NCBI GenBank assembly: GCA_004195515.1
Contig: PSPR01000008.1
Span: 1-57,197, forward strand
Source of the DNA: Methanobacteriota archaeon
Lineage (GTDB): Archaea; Thermoplasmatota; Poseidoniia; Poseidoniales; Poseidoniaceae
Direction of reading: 5' to 3'
Length of the DNA stretch: 57,197 nucleotides
The notes beneath the pieces were generated by a model, which searched no databases, had not been told where the DNA came from, and was given only the letters and a program-made list of their open reading frames with translations. Below, piece after piece: positions 44,750-52,244 of the stretch. The stretch's first letter is position 1. Every line of letters starts with the position of its first letter. Position numbers and translations under genes: made by a program.

Positions 44750-47700
44750 ATGCGCCGAGAGTTCGGGATGGTCATCATCTTAATTCTCTCTGGACTAATT
44801 TTTCCATTTCAGGTTGTAGGCGAGGGAATGGGAAGCGTTGACCCTGGGGTAAGCGATACACCTGATTGGAGAATCGGAGATAAATGGATTTACTCAGGTG
44901 CCTTTGATCCGACCGGTTTGGTTTCAGGTGCTGGGGTTCAAGCAAATGTTGGAAAAATTAATGGTGATGCCACAACAACTGTAAATTCTATTTCTGAATT
45001 GTTGATCGACAATGTTTCAACCTTGGTCTACTATACAACATCGAGTGCCGATTTTGACAAAGGCGGGGTCGAAATCGATGGATATACCGGCAATTTATAC
45101 ATTGAATATCAAGTCGATGAAATAGTTAGAGTCTCCGATCTTGCTACCGTAAAAACCGATCTCTCACTCGACGTAAAATATGTACCATACGGCATCAGTT
45201 CATTGACTGAAGAAATCGCTGATATCACGATTACAACGCTCAATAATCCGCCAAAAGAATCCTATGATTTCCCACTTCGAAATGGCGAAACTTGGATCAC
45301 AGATTACCAATCTACTACATCGTGGAGTGGCTCATCAAGTTACATTAGCCCATTCCCTCAACCAACCACCACCGCTAGCAATACCAATTGGGAAATTACC
45401 GATATTGGAAAACCGGTGAATAACATCGGTGAACAAATTGGCTATGGCGGTTGCAATGCCTCCTATGAGTTGAAATCTTACGATGATAACGGTACTGAAA
45501 CCTCTTTCAAATGGTATTGTCCAGAGGTTAGAAACTATGCGTGGTCACATACCGAAGAAGATATTGGCTTGGTCATCGATTTTAGATTGAAACAATATCT
45601 CCCAGCAGCATCGAGCGGCGTCATCGGCAATACAAATCCCGGTTATAGAAATCAAGCGGTAAATATTGAAACTTCAACCCCCATCACTGCTCTCAATACC
45701 CCAATTGAAGTCTGGGCAAATGTTTCTGATAGTTCAGGTAGCCCACAATCAGGCGTCGATGTAGAATTGCGATATGAAGCTGAAGATTTCTCTACCAGCC
45801 TAACGACCGGTTCAAATGGTAGTGTCTGGGCAATTATCGATGTTGGCCAAACCAATGACTCCAGTGAAACCACTACCGATTGGGCAAGTCATGGCATCAT
45901 TGCAAAGACCTCCTCAATGTTAGGAGTTAGAACCATTACATTGGATGAAAATATTGTGGGACTGGATTTGGTCGCAGCGATTGAACGTGCGAGTATCTTA
46001 CGAAATCGTAGTGGAAAACTCACTACTTTGAATTCTATTTCTGGATTCAATGTATTGCCCGGAGATGAGTTGTCGATTAAATTACCAGTTTACAATCGCG
46101 GCATTACAACGACTGTACCAACGACGGTTGAATTATTCACGCCCGATGAAGTGAAATCGGTTGAAAATTTACCCGCATTAGCGCTTTATGAACAATATAT
46201 TTTCGAAATGAGTTGGACTGTCCCTCTCGACGCACAAATTGAAAACATCAGTATCAGGTGGAATGCAGATCCAAATAATCTCAACCCAACCGATGCTAAC
46301 CAATCGAATAATCTCGGTACCCTGCCGCTCTTCGTTGGAACATTACCAACATATGTGGGTCAAAACATGAGTGCTCAAACCGGAGTGAAAATTCTTTTGG
46401 ATGCCTCTCAAAGTTATGACCAAGACGGCGGGGAGATCCGTTGTGAATTCAATGTGCCGTATGATGACGGCAGCAGAACCATCGCTCATGCGATTGTGAA
46501 CAAGCAAAATTGTCTCCTCAATTGGACTTGGACCGATGATGGAATATATGACGTCGAAGTCAATGTTTTTGATGATGAAAGTGATTTCATTGAATCCATA
46601 ATGCGAATAGAAATAATGAATCGAGCACCTGAAATTGAGATCAAATCTCAACGATCTGAGGTCAAGGTCGAGCACCCTGTTACCCTCTATGTTTTCGCAA
46701 ATGATTCCGATTCAGAGGACCCCTGGCCAGGGTTGGTCGATGTACACTGGCCTCAAGCCAATTGTGATGAGGGATATTATACCCGGATTTGCACCACGAC
46801 CGCATGGGAAGAAGGCCTCAATACCTTTACTGCGGTCGCAACCGATGATGATGGCACCACCACCTTTGCAAGCATCGACATAGTATTCACAAATATTGCA
46901 CCACATGAAGTTTCACTCTCGATGTGGGATTCAAACGGCGATGTGATCAAAGCAGAATCTCAAATGACTTGGCGGGTTTTTGAGGACCAAGAGGTAGAAT
47001 TGAGTGCCCGAGCAGAAGATTCTATCGACGACATTCAAGATTTGACCTATGAGTGGTCAACCGGGACCATCACCGAAGGTAGAGAATCAAGAATTCCAAT
47101 AGTGTGGAACCAATCCGGTCTCCAAACCATTCATGTCAGAGCATTTGATACTGAGGGCGAGGGTAGCGGTTGGGTTGAACGATGGGTAGATGTGGCTAAT
47201 CAGGTCCCTGAAGTACCTGAATTACCCGATGTTATGGCAGTAGCGGAGGGTCAAACCATTTCCATTACAGGAAGTTATTCCGACACGATTTCCGATTACG
47301 ACGATTTGATTATTTGTTGGGATTTGGATCCTGGAGCTGATACCAATGGGGTTGGATCTGCCGATGATGATTGTGATGTCGAAGGTGAAAATCTAACTTG
47401 GTCATGGCGGAATTCTGGCGAATACAATATTGTATTCCATGTTAGCGACGATGATGGAGCGAGAAATTCATCAACCACCACAATTACCGTGCTCAACCTA
47501 CCACCGATTCCAAGGGTAAAACCGGTAACTGGAGCAATTGCTGGACAAACTGTTGTCCTCGATGCTAGTGCAACAATCGATTCTCCTGCAGACATTGAAA
47601 CACTCAGTGTGGTATGGGATATCGATTGTTTTACCGATAGTGATGGCGACGGTGTATTGGATAATGATGCCGACCTGATCGGCATCAAGGCAGAACACAT

Positions 47701-48139
47701 TTTCCCTAGTGAAGGAACATGGGTAATCAGCGCGATTATTTGGGATGAGGATGTATTGAATCCTGCTGTAAAGCGGATTGAGGTCAAAGTTCAATCCGAG
47801 GACCGAACCGTGGCAGAGGAATTATCTATTTCGTTAATTGGTGATAGAGCAAACCCATTCTTCCAACTGATAATTTTAGCGATTTTAATGAGCATTGGAG
47901 TAATGGTTCTCAAGCGATTACGGCCAAAACCGGAATCGGTGTGGGATGAAAATATCGAAATCATGCAACGGCCAACCAATCCACCGTCATTCTCTGATTT
48001 CGCTGAGGAAATGGCATCGATACCGCTGCCTGAAAACGGCTTGCCGGACGGGTGGACGATGGACCAATGGCACCATTATGGTCACCAATATGATGATTCG
48101 AGCGAAAACACAACAGATGAACAGGGTCAAATGGGATAG
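44750..48139 (+). CDS. Giant secreted PKD-repeat protein, paralog A: signal peptide, unique N-domain, PKD-like repeats, one TM, cytoplasmic tail
   Basis: ATG 44750 gives MRREFGMVIILILSGLIFPFQVVGEG. The N-domain begins TPDWRIGDKWIY. PKD-type strand endings include ..VNVFDDESD.., ..ATDDDGTTTFASIDIVFTNIAPH.. and ..VSDDDGARNSSTTTITVLNLPP... The TM segment FFQLIILAILMSIGVMVL is followed by an 85-aa tail. By eye there are at least 15 N-x-S/T sequons. Confidence 0.8.
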   Translation: MRREFGMVIILILSGLIFPFQVVGEGMGSVDPGVSDTPDWRIGDKWIYSGAFDPTGLVSGAGVQANVGKINGDATTTVNSISELLIDNVSTLVYYTTSSADFDKGGVEIDGYTGNLYIEYQVDEIVRVSDLATVKTDLSLDVKYVPYGISSLTEEIADITITTLNNPPKESYDFPLRNGETWITDYQSTTSWSGSSSYISPFPQPTTTASNTNWEITDIGKPVNNIGEQIGYGGCNASYELKSYDDNGTETSFKWYCPEVRNYAWSHTEEDIGLVIDFRLKQYLPAASSGVIGNTNPGYRNQAVNIETSTPITALNTPIEVWANVSDSSGSPQSGVDVELRYEAEDFSTSLTTGSNGSVWAIIDVGQTNDSSETTTDWASHGIIAKTSSMLGVRTITLDENIVGLDLVAAIERASILRNRSGKLTTLNSISGFNVLPGDELSIKLPVYNRGITTTVPTTVELFTPDEVKSVENLPALALYEQYIFEMSWTVPLDAQIENISIRWNADPNNLNPTDANQSNNLGTLPLFVGTLPTYVGQNMSAQTGVKILLDASQSYDQDGGEIRCEFNVPYDDGSRTIAHAIVNKQNCLLNWTWTDDGIYDVEVNVFDDESDFIESIMRIEIMNRAPEIEIKSQRSEVKVEHPVTLYVFANDSDSEDPWPGLVDVHWPQANCDEGYYTRICTTTAWEEGLNTFTAVATDDDGTTTFASIDIVFTNIAPHEVSLSMWDSNGDVIKAESQMTWRVFEDQEVELSARAEDSIDDIQDLTYEWSTGTITEGRESRIPIVWNQSGLQTIHVRAFDTEGEGSGWVERWVDVANQVPEVPELPDVMAVAEGQTISITGSYSDTISDYDDLIICWDLDPGADTNGVGSADDDCDVEGENLTWSWRNSGEYNIVFHVSDDDGARNSSTTTITVLNLPPIPRVKPVTGAIAGQTVVLDASATIDSPADIETLSVVWDIDCFTDSDGDGVLDNDADLIGIKAEHIFPSEGTWVISAIIWDEDVLNPAVKRIEVKVQSEDRTVAEELSISLIGDRANPFFQLIILAILMSIGVMVLKRLRPKPESVWDENIEIMQRPTNPPSFSDFAEEMASIPLPENGLPDGWTMDQWHHYGHQYDDSSENTTDEQGQMG

Positions 48140-48154
48140 GGCAAACCCAAAATC

Positions 48155-51100
48155 ATGCGCAGAGCAATCCCAGTCTTTCTAGTCATGTTGATGACGCTCG
48201 CATCGCCACTATCTCTAATCGATGAATTCGGTTCAACCAATAAACTTTCAGCAGAAGATTCAGGGGCTGATGTTCACGAAACCCCTGCTTGGAGAATTGG
48301 CGATGAATGGATCTTTGAAACTATGTTTGATGTTGCAGACCTTATCTCACAGTCCAATACTTCGGCGTCGGTAAATTCACTGACTGGTGACACAACTATG
48401 GAAGTGACCGATATTGTATTTATCGATATTGATGGAACTCAAACACTCGCTTACGAGGTTGAGATCGAAGGTGATTTCACCTCTGGAAATAATGGTGCGA
48501 CCCTTGATGATATCAATGGGAGACTGGAGGTTGGATATACTGGTATCGATATGATTAGGGTTAGAGACCTCGCTACAATCGAATCCGAATTCACACTTTT
48601 AGTTGATTTCCTAGCGTGGAACTTCTGGCCAGAAGAGTTAGCAGATATAACATTTGATACCACCTACGAACCGGCTCGAGAAAAATATGATTTCCCTTTG
48701 AGAACCGGGGACCAATGGACTAGTTATTATGATACGGAAGTTACAGTTACTGGCACTTCTGAGTATATCGATGTAAACGGATTCGACTCGAATGAAACCG
48801 CTAATTCGACCTATCAAGTTACCGGAGATGGCACACCTTCTGAGAATGGTACTAGCCCTCAGTATACCGGCTGTGGTGATTCTCATAAAATCTCATCATG
48901 GAACAGTACCGGAGTTAGTACTGGATTCGAATGGTATTGTGAAGAAATTAGGTATTTTGTATGGAGCCAAATCATCCACGATGCTGGGTTCCAAATAGAT
49001 TGGATGCTCAAAAGCTATTCCCCGGCAGATTCGGGTGGTGTGATGTCGACATCTTCTGCTGGAATTAGAAATACCATCATTACAGTCGATACTGAATTCT
49101 TGGCGATTTTACCTAATGCAACAGAGGAGATAACCGGACATTACGCGGTTAACTCCAATGATCAAATAAGCAAAAATCTTCAACTCAGATATGAAATCGA
49201 CAATGTCATCATGAGCTTGACAACCGATTCAAATGGCCAAGTTACACCCGATCTCGATGTGGGGAGTTCTGAAGACGATTCACCCTCATCGGACGATTGG
49301 ACAAGCAATGGAGTCATCGTTTGGGATCCAGTCAACAAAATTATCGGCGTCGGAACAATCGTAATGGATTTGAGTGTTGTCGGAATCGATTTAGTTGCTA
49401 CACCTGATTCGATGATAGTGACGAGAAACCGAGATAACATCTCGACAATTCTTTCACAAGCAACCGGATATAATGCCGTACCTGGCGACATCATTCACTT
49501 TTCAGTACCTGCCCAAAACCGTGGAGTTTTAACCTCACCTGCTACCGAAATGGAGATTACCACTCCAGATGGCGCAACTATTCGTGGCAACCTCCCCGCT
49601 CTCGCACCTTATACCGTGGCTCGAGTTGATGTGAACTGGTCGGTTCCACTCGATACTGGAATCGGAAATCAAACCCTATCATTCATGGTCGACCCTGATG
49701 AAACCGTTACAGCTGATGCAAACCGGTCAAATAACGCTGCAAGTCTAGATATCTTCGTAGGTCGATTACCTGAAGCAAATATTATTTTAGGAGACGATGT
49801 TCTCACTTTCGAAAATGTGACCATAGATGCATCTGGATCATTTGACGCCGATAGTGGTGAGGTGGAGTGCTTCTTTGAAATTGAAGATGGAACAAGAACA
49901 GAATTCATTGATGCACCAAATTGCCAAACGAATTGGAGTTGGGCTGATGATGGATTATGGCAAGTTAAATTGACTGTAATTGACGATGAATTGGATCAAG
50001 TTGTTTTAATCGCTCATGCGAATGTGCTCAATCGCGCTCCTTGGATCAATTTTACTGCAGCAACAACTATTGTTGATGCCGGCGGCGCAATAACATTTGA
50101 TGCTAGTGATAGCGGTGATGATGATACCATTTCACCTGAAGGGCAACAATTGGTAATTACTTGGCCAGACCAATCTTGTGACGAAGGCATATTTGGGGAA
50201 TATTGTACTATTAGGCCCGAGGTAGAAGGGGAGCATAATATCACGGTGATGATTACCGATGATGATAATGAAAGTGTGACCGCCACACTTCAATACGAGG
50301 TTCTAAACGTTGGCCCAACCATTGGTGAAATGAGATTGACTATCGATGGTATCCCCTATTTACCCGCTGAAGATGGCACGTGGGACATCGATGAGGAAGT
50401 GGTTGCAATTCTCGCGATAGACGGTTCTGACACCCTCTCTGATAATGAAGAATTACTGGTTACTTGGACTCCAAGTGATCGAGATGAAAATGAAACCATC
50501 ACCACAAGCGGTCCTAATTCGGCTATCGAAACATCGTGGGATAAATCCGGAATACACACTATCTCTGCATTTGTTACCGATGATGATGGTGTACGCAGTG
50601 AAACGGTTATTGGGCATATCAGAGTTAACAACATCGCACCTGTCATGGATACTCTACCAGCACAAAAAGCACTTTTCGAAGATGAAATCCTAAACCTCTC
50701 CGCAAGTGCATTCGATGCTGCTGACCAAGATGATTTGGTATTTTGTTGGGACTTAAACGACCTTGTAGATATTGATGAAAGTGGCAATGCATCCGATGAT
50801 TGTGATGTTGAAGGTACTGATTTGTGGTATTCATGGACATCTGCAGGCATACGGACAATTACCGCAAATGTTTGGGATGATGATGGGGTCAGAGATAGCC
50901 GGGCAATATCGGTAACTATCGTCAATCGACCACCTGTTGCAATGATTACCGAGCCAGAAGGAGGTTTCGTAATAACCCAAGGTGAATCAATCACGTTTAG
51001 TGCGGCAGAAAGTATCGATACTCCAACCGACCGTGATAGTTTAGAATTCATTTGGGATGACCCCAATACTCTTGGTTCAACCAATGATGGCTTCGGCGAA

Positions 51101-51646
51101 AACTTCACAATTTTATTCGAGCGTTCCGGTGAATTCATTGTTAACCTTACTGTAACCGATGACGATGGAATTTCAAAATCAACTTCGATAACCGTAAGGG
51201 TCGAAGAAAAAGCTGTAGATGGAGCCTTTGGGTATTCAAGTACAACAACGATGTCGGCAGTTCTTGGAATCATTATCGTATTGTTAGTAAGTGTTTTACT
51301 GATCCGAGGTAGAGGGAGTTCTGCACCAGAACCGGATTTCGTAAACTGGGACATGCCGCCGATTCAAGCTGAAGAAGCGCCTTCATTATTGGCATTAGCC
51401 GGTAGACCGCAATTGCCCGAAACTGGACTACCCCCCGGTTGGACTATGGAGCAATGGGATTACTATGGAGAACAATATTTAGCAGACCAAGCGGCACAAA
51501 GTCAAGTTCAAGTTCCACCTCCCGCGTTCGAACCAACATATGAAAACCCACAGCAAACATATGTTCCACAACCGATGGTTCAAGAACCAGCACCGACTCC
51601 TGCCTCACAGGCTCTTGGGAATCTTCTCGATGACCTAGACTTTTGA
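48155..51646 (+). CDS. Giant secreted PKD-repeat protein, paralog B of the preceding gene
   Basis: It is colinear with paralog A: TPAWRIGDEWIF, ..REKYDFPLRTGDQWTS.., ..FEWYCEEIRYFVWS.., LNRAPWINF, ..ITDDDNESVTATLQYEVLNVGP.., ..VTDDDGVRSETVIGHIRVNNIAP.., ..VTDDDGISKSTSITVRV... The TM segment MSAVLGIIIVLLVSVLLI is followed by a ~140-aa Pro/Gln-rich tail. Only 15 nt separate it from paralog A. Confidence 0.8.
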   Translation: MRRAIPVFLVMLMTLASPLSLIDEFGSTNKLSAEDSGADVHETPAWRIGDEWIFETMFDVADLISQSNTSASVNSLTGDTTMEVTDIVFIDIDGTQTLAYEVEIEGDFTSGNNGATLDDINGRLEVGYTGIDMIRVRDLATIESEFTLLVDFLAWNFWPEELADITFDTTYEPAREKYDFPLRTGDQWTSYYDTEVTVTGTSEYIDVNGFDSNETANSTYQVTGDGTPSENGTSPQYTGCGDSHKISSWNSTGVSTGFEWYCEEIRYFVWSQIIHDAGFQIDWMLKSYSPADSGGVMSTSSAGIRNTIITVDTEFLAILPNATEEITGHYAVNSNDQISKNLQLRYEIDNVIMSLTTDSNGQVTPDLDVGSSEDDSPSSDDWTSNGVIVWDPVNKIIGVGTIVMDLSVVGIDLVATPDSMIVTRNRDNISTILSQATGYNAVPGDIIHFSVPAQNRGVLTSPATEMEITTPDGATIRGNLPALAPYTVARVDVNWSVPLDTGIGNQTLSFMVDPDETVTADANRSNNAASLDIFVGRLPEANIILGDDVLTFENVTIDASGSFDADSGEVECFFEIEDGTRTEFIDAPNCQTNWSWADDGLWQVKLTVIDDELDQVVLIAHANVLNRAPWINFTAATTIVDAGGAITFDASDSGDDDTISPEGQQLVITWPDQSCDEGIFGEYCTIRPEVEGEHNITVMITDDDNESVTATLQYEVLNVGPTIGEMRLTIDGIPYLPAEDGTWDIDEEVVAILAIDGSDTLSDNEELLVTWTPSDRDENETITTSGPNSAIETSWDKSGIHTISAFVTDDDGVRSETVIGHIRVNNIAPVMDTLPAQKALFEDEILNLSASAFDAADQDDLVFCWDLNDLVDIDESGNASDDCDVEGTDLWYSWTSAGIRTITANVWDDDGVRDSRAISVTIVNRPPVAMITEPEGGFVITQGESITFSAAESIDTPTDRDSLEFIWDDPNTLGSTNDGFGENFTILFERSGEFIVNLTVTDDDGISKSTSITVRVEEKAVDGAFGYSSTTTMSAVLGIIIVLLVSVLLIRGRGSSAPEPDFVNWDMPPIQAEEAPSLLALAGRPQLPETGLPPGWTMEQWDYYGEQYLADQAAQSQVQVPPPAFEPTYENPQQTYVPQPMVQEPAPTPASQALGNLLDDLDF

Positions 51647-51659
51647 GCGGGGCAATAAC

Positions 51660-52187
51660 ATGGGGAATCTTTGGCAATTCTTTGGTTTACCTGATCCGGA
51701 AGCCCCGCCCGAAATCAAAAAGAAAAAGCCAGCACCAAAGAAAAAAGAGGAATTATCTGGCCAACAGATGACCCTAGGGGAAACTGAGGCTATTCAACCA
51801 AAAATTCATTTGCCTCATGGCTGGACAGGGCCAACCACGCCTGATGGTGAAGCATTTCACGATTTATCTATGTATAGGCATGAAAATATCGATCATCCAG
51901 ATAGAGCATTGAGGTATGTTTCACCCGATCACATGCACCGCTTACCGATTAGAGAATTAGCTACAAGGATAGATTTAGGTGATACGATAATCGTTGATTT
52001 GAGGCCACTAATCCATATGGAAACTCAGTCCAATGCTTGCCGCCGCCAATTGAAGGTGATGGGAGATGAGCTGGGAATTCCAATTTTTGCTCTAGATGCT
52101 CTAGACAAATTACTGCTATTACCCGGGAATGATGTTACTGTCGATGTTTCCCGAAACGAGTTAGGAATAATTCCAATATTGATGTAA
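51660..52187 (+). CDS. sepF: SepF-fold (DUF552-like) protein with an N-terminal amphipathic segment and a long Lys/Pro-rich linker
   Basis: The C-terminal ~85 aa ..YVSPDHMHRLPIRELATRIDLGDTIIVDLRPLIHMETQSNACRRQLKVMGDELGIPIFALDALDKLLLLPGNDVTVDV.. align by eye with the SepF core (..P..y.ea.eI.d.l..g..VvvNL..l....a.R.vDF..G.....G.i..i...ifL..P.nV.v). MGNLWQFFGL resembles the SepF membrane-targeting helix. The start is 13 nt after paralog B. Confidence 0.55.
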   Translation: MGNLWQFFGLPDPEAPPEIKKKKPAPKKKEELSGQQMTLGETEAIQPKIHLPHGWTGPTTPDGEAFHDLSMYRHENIDHPDRALRYVSPDHMHRLPIRELATRIDLGDTIIVDLRPLIHMETQSNACRRQLKVMGDELGIPIFALDALDKLLLLPGNDVTVDVSRNELGIIPILM

Positions 52188-52214
52188 TTTCATTCTCTCC
52201 ATTCGGCCCCAATC

Positions 52215-52220
52215 TTATAT
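52215..52220 (+). promoter_or_regulatory. Candidate TATA element (TTATAT) at -30..-25 from ATG 52245
   Basis: A/T hexamer in the 57-nt spacer. It is bracketed by the 8-bp inverted repeat attcggcc (52201-52208) / ggccgaat (52233-52240). Confidence 0.35.
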
Positions 52221-52244
52221 GAGTGATTGTTTAGGCCGAATCTG

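Noticed and set aside
48026-48091. Reading the LPxGW...W...Y tail motif as a WW domain, and the NPxx(T)Y / LLDDLDF stretches in paralog B's tail as eukaryote-like sorting signals
   Set aside because: The two Trp are only 5 residues apart (a WW domain needs about 20-22), and the segment is too short for that fold. The other resemblances are short enough to arise by chance in Pro/Gln/Asp-rich sequence. I kept it only as an unnamed conserved peptide.
50356-51354. 332-aa minus-strand ORF inside giant paralog B (similar cases at 47296-47787, 49180-49494 and 50014-50286)
   Set aside because: It is antisense to PKD-repeat coding sequence. The Ser/Thr/Val-rich translation mirrors the Asp/Thr/Val codons on the sense strand. 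It has no start context or motifs.
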